64,000 bases of DNA from an uncultured Verrucomicrobiota bacterium (lineage in GTDB: Bacteria; Verrucomicrobiota; Verrucomicrobiia; Limisphaerales; CAYMCQ01): NCBI GenBank assembly GCA_964389025.1, contig CAYMCQ010000002.1, forward strand, positions 29,867-93,866. Direction: 5' to 3'. Within the stretch, counting starts at the first letter, position 1. Each line of letters opens with the position of its first letter. Below the pieces are notes generated by a model, which made no database searches, had not been told where the DNA came from, and worked only from the letters and a program-made list of their open reading frames with translations. Positions 46,870 to 55,708 of the stretch are shown here, piece after piece. The translations under genes and the position numbers were made by a program.

Positions 46870-48390
46870 ATGAAGGAAAATAGTGCCTTGAAAAAACGTG
46901 TCGGCGTCTGGATTCGGGTTTCAACCGAAGATCAGGCCAAAGGAGACTCGCCCCAAATCCACGAAGCCCGCGCTCGCGAATACGCTAGGTTTAACGACTG
47001 GAATGTTGTCGAGGTGTATGACCTTGCCGGAGTCTCGGGCAAGACCATCATGGAGCATCCCGAATGCAAGCGGATGATGGCCGACGTGCGCAAGGGACAT
47101 ATCACGGGCTTGATTTTTTCCAAGCTCGCCCGTCTCTGCCGCAACAAGAGTGAGCTTGAGGATTTTGCCAAGTTCTTCCGCGACCACAACGCGGACATGA
47201 TTTCGCTCCAAGAGAAGATCGACACCTCGACACCCGCCGGACGCCTCTTTTACAGCATGATTGCGGCAATGGCACAGTGGGAGCGCGAGGAAACAGTAGA
47301 TCGCGTGAAAGCATCTATCGTCACCCGCGCCAGGCTCGGCAACCCAACCGGTGGTGCATCGCCCTTTGGCTACCAGTGGAAGGACAAGAAGCTCATCATT
47401 GACCCCAAGGAAGCGCCAGTGCGCAAACTCATGTATGAACTCTTCTTGAAACACCGGCGCAAAAAGACCGTAGTTCGACTTTTGAACGAGGCCGGCCACC
47501 GCACGCGCAAAGGCGGGCGTTTCACCAGCAAGACGTTCACGCGGTTGATTCAAGACCCCACCGCCAAAGGCATCCACAGAGCCAACTACACCATGCGAAA
47601 CGGCTCGCAGTGGACACTGAAGCCCGAAAACGAATGGTATTTGCATGAAGTTGAACGGTTGGTATCCGATGAAGTGTGGGAAGAATGCAACCGCATCATT
47701 GACGATTCGTTTGCCAATCAAAAACGACCGGCCAAAAAGCCCGTTCATATTTTCGCAGGCGTGGCAGTGTGCGAATGCGGCGAGAAAATGTATGTGCCGT
47801 CCAACACCCCCAAATACGTCTGTCGCGCGTGCCGTAACAAAATCAGCATTGCCGATCTCGATTCGATTTACATGGACGAAATCAAAGACTTTTCCCTCTC
47901 ACCGGAAGCCATCGGCAACTATCTCAAAAGCTCGAATGATACTGCCGCTGAGAAAGAGCGCCTTTTGGCAGTCACCCGACAGGACTTGGAAAACACCGAC
48001 AAAGAGATTCGCCGCACCTACGACCTCTATCAAAAAGAGCAAATCGACGGGGACGGATTCGCCAAGTTCTATCAACCGCTCCAAGAGCGTCGCAAACAGC
48101 TTGAAGCGGCCATTCCCCGCCTTGAAGCCGAACTCGACATACTCAAAGTGGAGAGCCTTTCAGCCGAAGAAATCGCTCTCCAAGCCCAAAACCTTCACCA
48201 CCGCTGGCAGGCCATGCAACCGGAAGAAAAGCGTGAACTCATTGAAATCATCACCAAGGAAATCATCATCGGCAAAGACGAAATCACCATAAACTACTGC
48301 TACGCTCCTTCTTCTAAAGAAATGGCAAAAAGGTGGCGGAGAGAGAGGGATTCGAACCCTCGATACGGTTTAACCCGTATAACGGTTTAG
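46870..48390 (+). CDS. large serine recombinase (element integrase); 3' end overlaps the att core and antisense tRNA-Ser
   Basis: 'WIRVSTEDQ' catalytic Ser, 'FSKLARL', 'GASPFGY', Zn ribbon CECG...CRAC and a coiled coil; C-terminal 'WRRERDSNPRYGLTRITV' is antisense tRNA. Confidence 0.93.
   Translation: MKENSALKKRVGVWIRVSTEDQAKGDSPQIHEARAREYARFNDWNVVEVYDLAGVSGKTIMEHPECKRMMADVRKGHITGLIFSKLARLCRNKSELEDFAKFFRDHNADMISLQEKIDTSTPAGRLFYSMIAAMAQWEREETVDRVKASIVTRARLGNPTGGASPFGYQWKDKKLIIDPKEAPVRKLMYELFLKHRRKKTVVRLLNEAGHRTRKGGRFTSKTFTRLIQDPTAKGIHRANYTMRNGSQWTLKPENEWYLHEVERLVSDEVWEECNRIIDDSFANQKRPAKKPVHIFAGVAVCECGEKMYVPSNTPKYVCRACRNKISIADLDSIYMDEIKDFSLSPEAIGNYLKSSNDTAAEKERLLAVTRQDLENTDKEIRRTYDLYQKEQIDGDGFAKFYQPLQERRKQLEAAIPRLEAELDILKVESLSAEEIALQAQNLHHRWQAMQPEEKRELIEIITKEIIIGKDEITINYCYAPSSKEMAKRWRRERDSNPRYGLTRITV
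48334..48346 (+). repeat. att core, right copy (TGGCGGAGAGAGA)
   Basis: Identical to 5000-5012. Confidence 0.88.
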
Positions 48391-48425
48391 CAAACCGTCG
48401 CCTTCAGCCACTCGGCCATCTCTCC
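48334..48425 (-). tRNA. tRNA-Ser(GCT)
   Basis: GGAGAGATGGCCGAGTGGCTGAAGGCGACGGTTTGCTAAACCGT...GGTTCGAATCCCTCTCTCTCCGCCA: long variable arm, anticodon GCT, encoded CCA. Confidence 0.97.
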
Positions 48426-48492
48426 AGCCGCGCATAATGAAGCCGCATTCACCAGCTGATTCAAGAACATTTTGCCAGTGTGCAGATCCAAG

Positions 48493-48564
48493 GTCTTAAT
48501 CTTAATCTTTCTCTTACTCTTAATCGAGTCCCGCGGATGCAAGGAGTAAGATTAAGATTAAGAC
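48493..48564. repeat. REP-like palindromic element made of CTTAAT hexamers
   Basis: GTCTTAATCTTAATCTT (48493-48509) is the perfect reverse complement of AAGATTAAGATTAAGAC (48548-48564). Confidence 0.8.
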
Positions 48565-48628
48565 TGCCGGCAAATTCTCCGGCACGGCATACTTTCCACA
48601 CAACGGAAGCGAACTCAAGTCGCGCAGT

Positions 48629-50293
48629 TCATTTCGTTTCCTCTGACGAAAACCACCAGCGCCTGCGCGGCTGATAGCGGCGCAATGCTTCGGCTCGAAA
48701 TTCCGCGACCAGCCGGAGCCGCGCGCGCAAAGCGAAAACCACATCCACCATCAGCGCGATCACGCCCCACAGGGCAACTCCCTCGCCAAATCCCCAATGC
48801 TGACTGAACCGGTTATCGAGAGATACGAGCGTGAAAAAAACTCCGAGATAAACCGCCCACGGCAGAAAAAGAATCTGCGTGGCGGTGTTGCTGCACGCCT
48901 TGGTGAAATTTTTCGCCGTCAAGCCCTGCCACATGCCGACCCAACTGAGCGCGACAGCATCAGCGACGAGAAAAAATATCATGACGACGAAAAGGACGAT
49001 GATCACGGTTCGCTCCTCGCCGCCACTTGCTCTGCCGGAAATATGGTTCAACACCACGAAAAACAGGAGCAGATTCAACAACAAGACCGCGATGATCGGC
49101 CCAGTAAATTGCTTTCGAATCGCCAACAGTTGGCCGCGCAAAATTTCCTTCACGGTCGTCGGTGTGGAAAGCAGAAGCTCCAGCGCTCCGTCGCGCCGGT
49201 CTTCCGCGAACCGTCTGGTCGCCAAAGGAATGATCCTCAGTTTCAGGAATGAATTCAACGTGAACGCGACCAGCACAAGCAGGGGAGATTCAGGCCAGGC
49301 GTCCCTGTTTTTCAGGAAGATTCCGAGCCAGATGACGACGGCGGTTGCGAGTCCGAACCAGATTGCTAAAAACTGCAGCCGGTTCCGCGCCGAGAGCCAG
49401 AGCACGGGATTGATTTCCAGCAGCCGCGTGCGCCAGGTTCGCCGGACTTCAGGCGCGCCGAAATTCCAGTCCTGCCAGCGCTTGCGCCAGCCTTTGGGCG
49501 CGATTTCCAGCGGACTGTCCTTCCAGGAACGCGGCGTCGCAATCAGCGCGACCAACAGAAACAGCCAGCTCATCGCGTGAATCGTGATCAGCGACCACCA
49601 AAACTGCGGGGCATTTTTCGCAGTTGCAAATCCGCTCGACGCCATCCCAAACGCGAATCCCGGACTCGGCAGAAAAAATGCAAGCGGGTCTCTGCTGGAT
49701 TTTGTCACAAACTCCTGCCAGAGCAATCCGGCCACCGGCGCGCCAATCACGAAGCAAAAAATCATCAGGAAACAGAACCCCGCCACGTTTCCTTCCTTGC
49801 GCAACAAACTCGACGAGCAGATTCCCGCGCTCAACGAAAAGAAAAGTGTGACGAGCAAAACCAAAGTCATCCGGCCAAATTCCGCGAGCGACACGCTGCC
49901 CATCAACAGCGGCAGCGCCATCACCGGCAAGATTGCCAGCAGCGAATAAAACGCGTTCAACGAAGTCGCTGCCAGTTTTCCGAAAACGATGTCATAACTT
50001 TTCAAGTCGGTCAGGAAAAGCAGTCCCAAAGTCCCTTCGCGCTTTTCAACGCTGATGCAGTCCGCCGTCGTGTGAACTCCGGCCAGCACGGCGAAGAAAA
50101 ACCCAATGACCGCCAGCGACATGAAGATGTTTTTGCCGGTGGACTGGGGATCGCCCGCCGCCGGGCTGAACGTGACAAGCATCCAGCCAACCAATGTGAT
50201 GGCCGTCAACGCCGCGATGAACCGTGTCCAGTAAGTGCGCGGCTTTCGCGATGCGACGCGCAGTTCCCGTTCGACGATGGGAAGAAATCTCAT
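48629..50293 (-). CDS. ABC-2 type transporter permease (paralog 3)
   Basis: 'MRFLPIVERELRVASRK', 'TADCISVEKREGTLGLLFLTDL' and 'GALELLLSTP'; ATGA overlap with the upstream paralog. Confidence 0.85.
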   Translation of the reverse strand: MRFLPIVERELRVASRKPRTYWTRFIAALTAITLVGWMLVTFSPAAGDPQSTGKNIFMSLAVIGFFFAVLAGVHTTADCISVEKREGTLGLLFLTDLKSYDIVFGKLAATSLNAFYSLLAILPVMALPLLMGSVSLAEFGRMTLVLLVTLFFSLSAGICSSSLLRKEGNVAGFCFLMIFCFVIGAPVAGLLWQEFVTKSSRDPLAFFLPSPGFAFGMASSGFATAKNAPQFWWSLITIHAMSWLFLLVALIATPRSWKDSPLEIAPKGWRKRWQDWNFGAPEVRRTWRTRLLEINPVLWLSARNRLQFLAIWFGLATAVVIWLGIFLKNRDAWPESPLLVLVAFTLNSFLKLRIIPLATRRFAEDRRDGALELLLSTPTTVKEILRGQLLAIRKQFTGPIIAVLLLNLLLFFVVLNHISGRASGGEERTVIIVLFVVMIFFLVADAVALSWVGMWQGLTAKNFTKACSNTATQILFLPWAVYLGVFFTLVSLDNRFSQHWGFGEGVALWGVIALMVDVVFALRARLRLVAEFRAEALRRYQPRRRWWFSSEETK

Positions 50294-51999
50294 GTTCGTG
50301 GCGACAGGATGACCGGCGGAAGATTTGTGCGCGGGTGCGGCGCGGCTCTCGGCGTCCAGATTGGCCTCGCAGTTCCAGCAGCAACAGTCCGAAACTTTGA
50401 GTGAAGATTGCGCATCGCCCACACAGTGAAGAAAATGTCCTTTCCGATCATAAGCCCGCCGACAATGAACGCCGTGATCCAAAATGGCCAACTCGCCCAG
50501 GTAATCAGAAACATCAAGTAGCCTTGCGCGAACAGCGACGCGAGCCACGGAATCGCAAGAACGAACAAAATCGTTTTCATCACCGCGATATTCGGGCGGC
50601 GCGTCGTCAGACCCATCCACATCCCGAACCACGCCAGCGCCGTCAGGTCGGCCAGCGTCACCGTGATGCTGACGAGCGTTGAAACGAACTGGCCTTCAGG
50701 CGAAAAAAATTGCTGCGGCATTCCACTGCCCATTCCCATCATTTCACTCATCTGCAAAAAACCGAACACGCCCTGGGTCAAAACGATTACCGCCGCCGGA
50801 ACAAAAAACAACCTCGCCAGCGCGCTCCATTGTCCCCGGATGATTTTTTTCTCCGGCAGCGGCGATGCCAGCAAAAGTTCCAGCGCGCCAGTGCGCCACG
50901 CCTCGATAAAAAACCGGCTTGCCTGTGTAGCCATCCAAAATTTCAGCCCCAAAATGACAACGCCGAAGAAAAAGTTCGCGCCCATCAACATGCCGTAGTT
51001 CACGCCGCGGTTTTCGTTGCTCCAATTGTAAGCTACGACAAACGTGAAGAGCGCGACGCAGGCGAACGAAAAAACCCACAAGAACAGCCAGCGCCAGCGT
51101 TGCCGGTGCGCCAGCCACAATGCAGGATTGATTTCCAACAGCCGCCGTCGCCGACGCCCGCGCCCGCGGTCAGTCCCAAACCGCAAACTGTAGAGCCAAT
51201 TTTTTTTGACCGACGTTCCGCCCGCAGTTTTTTCGTGAAACGCGCGGGGTGTGAAGACGCTCGCGAGCGCCAGAAAAATCCAGCCGAGAAAATTCGGGAC
51301 GGCAAAACTCCACCAAAACATTTTCACAGTCGCGTTCCCGGCAAGCCTGCAGCCGAACCATGGACTCGCGTAGCTGAACAGCGCGACGAACGGCCTGTTC
51401 AGCGCCTCCGCAATCCAAGCGTCAATCAGTGGCAGCCCGACGACGAAGATCAAAAGCAAAAACAACGTCCCGCCCAGCGCCTTTTGCGATTCGCGGCTGA
51501 TCGAGGAGACGAACATCCCGGCGGCGAGCGAAAAGAACAGTGTGTTCGCCAGGACCAGCATCCGTTGCCAGAACTCCGCGCCCGTCACGCCGCCCATGAG
51601 CAGCGTGATCCCGACGATTGGAAAAATCGCCAGCAGCGCATAAAACGTCCGCAGCGACATCGCCATCAATTTCCCGAGCACCACATCGTAGCCGCGCAAG
51701 TCCGTGAGGAACAAAAGTCCGAGCGTCCCTTCGCGCTTTTCCTCGCTCAAAGTGTCCGAGCTGAAGAACACGCCCGCAAAACACGCGCAAACAAAACTCA
51801 TCCACGTCAGAATCGCAAACAGCACCGCACCGAGACTCAGCGGAAACATTCCACCCTGCATTTCCATCAGCCCGCCGATGCCGAGGAACGCCGCCGAAAT
51901 CGTGATAGTCACCAGCGCCGCGACGACGCGCAGCCAGAAGGTGCTGCGTTTGCGCGCCGCCACGCGCAACTCGCGGTCAACGATGGGCAGGAAAGTCAT
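50290..51999 (-). CDS. ABC-2 type transporter permease (paralog 2)
   Basis: 'MTFLPIVDRELRVAARK', 'SDTLSEEKREGTLGLLFLTDL' and 'GALELLLASP'. Confidence 0.85.
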   Translation of the reverse strand: MTFLPIVDRELRVAARKRSTFWLRVVAALVTITISAAFLGIGGLMEMQGGMFPLSLGAVLFAILTWMSFVCACFAGVFFSSDTLSEEKREGTLGLLFLTDLRGYDVVLGKLMAMSLRTFYALLAIFPIVGITLLMGGVTGAEFWQRMLVLANTLFFSLAAGMFVSSISRESQKALGGTLFLLLIFVVGLPLIDAWIAEALNRPFVALFSYASPWFGCRLAGNATVKMFWWSFAVPNFLGWIFLALASVFTPRAFHEKTAGGTSVKKNWLYSLRFGTDRGRGRRRRRLLEINPALWLAHRQRWRWLFLWVFSFACVALFTFVVAYNWSNENRGVNYGMLMGANFFFGVVILGLKFWMATQASRFFIEAWRTGALELLLASPLPEKKIIRGQWSALARLFFVPAAVIVLTQGVFGFLQMSEMMGMGSGMPQQFFSPEGQFVSTLVSITVTLADLTALAWFGMWMGLTTRRPNIAVMKTILFVLAIPWLASLFAQGYLMFLITWASWPFWITAFIVGGLMIGKDIFFTVWAMRNLHSKFRTVAAGTARPIWTPRAAPHPRTNLPPVILSPRT

Positions 52000-52001
52000 G
52001 G

Positions 52002-53591
52002 TCAGTTTATTGCCCGGTAAAAGGAAAATTTTCGCTCGTTCAAGTTACGAAATAATCGCAGCCAGAACAATAACGCAAACAACAATTGCACCACCGCCAA
52101 AGTCGAAACCGAAGTGTAGGAATATCCTCCGAACCCATATTTCGGCGGTGTGAGAAACCAAAATGATAGTGGAACAATGACCATCGGCAGCGCCACAGAC
52201 CAAAGAATCGTCCGAAGCAGCGAGATGATGAAATTCCTGCTGCTCAACGAACAATAAAGCCCGATAACAGGTAGAGTCGTAAAGGTCGTCGCGAAAAACA
52301 GGATGTGCCGGTTCTCATCCATTTTTTCGAACGTGTTCGTCCAATAAATCCAGACGCCGAGCAGCAGCAGGATTGCCGGAAGAAATTGTCCCCACAAACC
52401 GCGCAACCGCCCGTTGATGATGTCCTTAACTTTCAGGGGCGCGACGAGCAGAAGTTCGAGAACGCCGGTTTCGCGTTCGCGCTGGAAACTTCCCGCCGCG
52501 CTCGATGCGATGCTCAAAACCAGGAGCCATGCCATGAACGAGTGGATTTCGTGAAATCTGATCTGATAAAGGTTCCCGTCCCAAAGCGCGATGGTCATCA
52601 CCGAGACCATCACCGCGAACCAGCCCCAGATCACCAGACGTCCCGACCAAGTCCGCACTTCGAGCCAGCCGATGGGATTGCGTTCGAGTTTGAATTTCAT
52701 CCAACGTTTGAATAGCGAAAGCATGACGACCGGCGTGCAAAGATATTTTTCCCACCAGATTTGAAAAGCCGAGCGCGGTTTTTCCTGCCAGTTGCGGCGG
52801 ACGTTTCGCGCGGCGATGAGAACGATTACCCACAAAGCAGCCAGCGAAACCAAACTCATCACGCCCGCGCTGACGAGCCATGCGACTTGAGCAGTCTTTG
52901 GAGACGAAAGAATTCCGCGGTATGCTCCGCCGAAGTTCGTCGCAACCATAAGCGCTCCTTCGGTAAACTGCTCAAATGTGACATCCCACCTTGCGCTTGG
53001 GATGCGAGGAATAATCAGAGCGCAGGCGATCAAATAATTGAGCAGTCCGAACACCATGCCGAACACCACCGCGAATGATTCCGCTCCCACTAACGCGCGC
53101 GCCCAAATCTTCGTGCTTGATGACGCCAGAATCCCCGCCGCCAGCGCCCAACACAGCGAACAGAAATTCATCATGCCGGACATGAACACTTCCTTCCAAC
53201 TCACGCCGCCCATCAGAAAGCAAATCATGAACACCGGCAGCACCGCAATGCACAGCGTCGCCGCGCGCAAGCCATGCGCAAAACTTTTCGCGAGCACGAT
53301 GTCTTTGGGCTTGAGCAAAGTAAGAAAAAGCAGACCTAACGTGTTCTCGCGCCGTTCGCGGCTGATGCAATCCGCCGTCATCATCGGCACGAGAATCCAG
53401 ATCGCAAAAAAAAGAACACGGTGAAGAATTGCAAAATAGCGTTGGCCCAACTGCTTCCCGAACTCGATGTCAGGAAAGAAAATAAAAACTGTGACGAGCA
53501 GCGCGCCTGCGCCGAGCACCCGCACCCAATACGTGAACGGCTGGCGCGATTGCGCCCGCAACTCGCGCGCGATGACGGGAAGCAAAGTCAT
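52002..53591 (-). CDS. ABC-2 type transporter permease (paralog 1)
   Basis: 'MTLLPVIARELR', 'TADCISRERRENTLGLLFLT' and 'ERETGVLELLLVAP'. Confidence 0.85.
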   Translation of the reverse strand: MTLLPVIARELRAQSRQPFTYWVRVLGAGALLVTVFIFFPDIEFGKQLGQRYFAILHRVLFFAIWILVPMMTADCISRERRENTLGLLFLTLLKPKDIVLAKSFAHGLRAATLCIAVLPVFMICFLMGGVSWKEVFMSGMMNFCSLCWALAAGILASSSTKIWARALVGAESFAVVFGMVFGLLNYLIACALIIPRIPSARWDVTFEQFTEGALMVATNFGGAYRGILSSPKTAQVAWLVSAGVMSLVSLAALWVIVLIAARNVRRNWQEKPRSAFQIWWEKYLCTPVVMLSLFKRWMKFKLERNPIGWLEVRTWSGRLVIWGWFAVMVSVMTIALWDGNLYQIRFHEIHSFMAWLLVLSIASSAAGSFQRERETGVLELLLVAPLKVKDIINGRLRGLWGQFLPAILLLLGVWIYWTNTFEKMDENRHILFFATTFTTLPVIGLYCSLSSRNFIISLLRTILWSVALPMVIVPLSFWFLTPPKYGFGGYSYTSVSTLAVVQLLFALLFWLRLFRNLNERKFSFYRAIN

Positions 53592-53698
53592 GTGGCTGCG
53601 GCGATTGTGAACGAGGCCGTGCGCAACTTCACGGAAAATTTTCCGACGCTCCGATTCCTTGACGGGCTTTGGCAAATGTTTAGTCTCTGCCCACTCCA

Positions 53699-55465
53699 AT
53701 GAAATTCAATCTGAACTCGCGTGCTCTGGTTCTGGCTTTGTTCACCTCGGTAATTTTTCCCACCCGCGCAGCGGACGATTACCTGCCCGGCCCGGATTCA
53801 AAACCACAGGATGGCGTGCCGAAGGGTGAACTCATCAAATTCATTTTTGACAAATCGAAAATTTTCCCTGGCACGACGCGCGAAGTGAACATTTATGTGC
53901 CGCAGCAATACGACCCCGCCAAGCCCGCATGCCTTTACGTCAACCAAGACGGCGTCCAGTGGAGCGCGCCGGTCGTCTTCGACAATCTCATCCACAAGAA
54001 GGAGATGCCCGTGACCATTGGCGTCTTCGTGATGCACGGTCGTGTGAAAGCTGCGAACACGAGTGAGGCACAGGATCGTTTTAATCGCAGCTACGAATAC
54101 GACGGGCTTGGCGACAATTACGTCCGCTTCCTGCTTGAAGAACTTTTGCCTGAAGTTGAATCGCGGAAAACTTCCGATGGTCGCGCAATCCATTTTTCCA
54201 AAGACTCGAATGACCGCGCCATCGGCGGTTCGAGCAGCGGCGCGATTTGCGCGTTCACAGCAGCGTGGGAACGTCCCGATGTCTTTCGCCGCGTGTTTAG
54301 CGCGATTGGCACTTACGTCGGGCTGCGCGGCGGTGACCGTTACCCGACGCTGATCCGCAAGTTCGAGCCGAAACCGCTCCGGATTTTTTTGCAGGATGGC
54401 TCTAACGATCTCAACATTTTCGCGGGTGACTGGTGGATGGCGAACCAGACGATGGAGCGCGCGCTGACTTTTTCCGGCTACGAAGTGAACCACGCATGGG
54501 GCGATGGCGGTCACAGCGGCAAGCAAGGCTCCGCGATTTTTCCCGACGTGATGCGCTGGCTGTGGAAGGATTGGCCCGCGCCAGTGAAGGCAGGCGCGGG
54601 TTCGCCGCAACTCAAGGACATCCTGCTGCCTGGCGAAGATTGGCAACTGGTTGCTGAAGGCTATAAATTCACCGAAGGCCCGGCCGTCAACGCGAAGGGT
54701 GAAGTTTTCTTCACGGACATTCCAAACAACCGCATCCACAAAATCAGTCTCGATGGCACGGTGTCCGTTTTTGTCGAGCAGACCCGCAGCGGGAGTGGTC
54801 AGGCATTCGGATTGGATGGCCGTCTCTACACAGTCACGGGCGGCGAGGAGAAGGTTCTCGCTTATGACGCCGGTGCCAAGGCGACAGTCATCGTGGAAGG
54901 ATTTCGTGGCAACGACATCGTCGTGGCGCACAACGGCGACATTTACGTCACCAATCCAAACTGGACCGGCGTGAACGCGAACACCAGCCGCGTCTGGCTC
55001 ATCAAGCCCGACGGCACAAAGAAGGAAGTGGACAGCGGCCTGCGCTTCTCCAACGGTCTTACGCTCTCGCCGGATCAATCACTGCTCTACGTCGCCGACA
55101 GCCGCTCGCATTGGATTTACAGTTACCAGATTCAGCCTGACGGCTCGCTCATGTCGAAGCAAAAGTTTTTCTGGCTGCACGAGCCGGACAACGCGGATGA
55201 CGCAGGCGCGGACGGAATGCGCGTTGACCGCGATGGACGTCTGTATGTCGCCACGCGGATGGGAATTCAAGTGTGCGATCAAGCCGGCAGAGTCCAGTGC
55301 ATCATCCCGACTCCAAACGGAAAAGTTTCAAACCTTTGTTTCGGCGGAGACAATTTTGACACGATCTTCGCGACGTGCGGCGACAAAGTTTTCAAACGCA
55401 AACTCAAGGTGCAAGGCGCGCAGGCTTGGGACAAGCCGAACAAACCGCCGACACCGAGGTTGTGA
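53699..55465 (+). CDS. esterase (Fes/enterochelin-esterase-like) fused to an SMP-30/gluconolactonase domain
   Basis: 'AIGGSSSGAICA' nucleophile elbow, 'FLQDGSND' and 'GGHSG', then 'FTEGPA', 'FSNGLTLSPD' and 'ADGMRVDRDGRLYVAT'. Confidence 0.88.
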   Translation: MKFNLNSRALVLALFTSVIFPTRAADDYLPGPDSKPQDGVPKGELIKFIFDKSKIFPGTTREVNIYVPQQYDPAKPACLYVNQDGVQWSAPVVFDNLIHKKEMPVTIGVFVMHGRVKAANTSEAQDRFNRSYEYDGLGDNYVRFLLEELLPEVESRKTSDGRAIHFSKDSNDRAIGGSSSGAICAFTAAWERPDVFRRVFSAIGTYVGLRGGDRYPTLIRKFEPKPLRIFLQDGSNDLNIFAGDWWMANQTMERALTFSGYEVNHAWGDGGHSGKQGSAIFPDVMRWLWKDWPAPVKAGAGSPQLKDILLPGEDWQLVAEGYKFTEGPAVNAKGEVFFTDIPNNRIHKISLDGTVSVFVEQTRSGSGQAFGLDGRLYTVTGGEEKVLAYDAGAKATVIVEGFRGNDIVVAHNGDIYVTNPNWTGVNANTSRVWLIKPDGTKKEVDSGLRFSNGLTLSPDQSLLYVADSRSHWIYSYQIQPDGSLMSKQKFFWLHEPDNADDAGADGMRVDRDGRLYVATRMGIQVCDQAGRVQCIIPTPNGKVSNLCFGGDNFDTIFATCGDKVFKRKLKVQGAQAWDKPNKPPTPRL

Positions 55466-55497
55466 GCGCAGATTGGCAGTTAAATGATCGCTGGAAT

Positions 55498-55574
55498 TGG
55501 TGCATCCGGATGGAGTTGAACCATCAACCTTCTGATCCGTAGTCAGATGCTCTATCCAATTGAGCTACGGATGC
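55498..55574 (-). tRNA. tRNA-Arg(ACG)
   Basis: GCATCCGTAGCTCAATTGGATAGAGCATCTGACTACGGATCAGAAGGTTGATGGTTCAACTCCATCCGGATGCACCA. Confidence 0.96.
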
Positions 55575-55708
55575 ACAAACAGGGCGAAAACTTACAAGCC
55601 GCTCTTGCAACCCGCAAGCGATTTTGAAACTCATTGATCTCCAATGTTGACAAAAAATCGGGTTGGCGTAAGAAAGGGCCAGGCCATCGGCATCAAAACT
55701 CTAATCCT

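Larger units (their letters stand above)
5000..48346. mobile_element. ~43.3 kb integrated element (genomic island) at the tRNA-Ser(GCT) 3' end
   Basis: 13-bp direct repeats, a serine recombinase abutting the tRNA, MGE genes (primase, ArdC, coupling-protein-like ATPase, several HTH genes), and visibly more AT-rich segments than the flanks. Confidence 0.88.
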
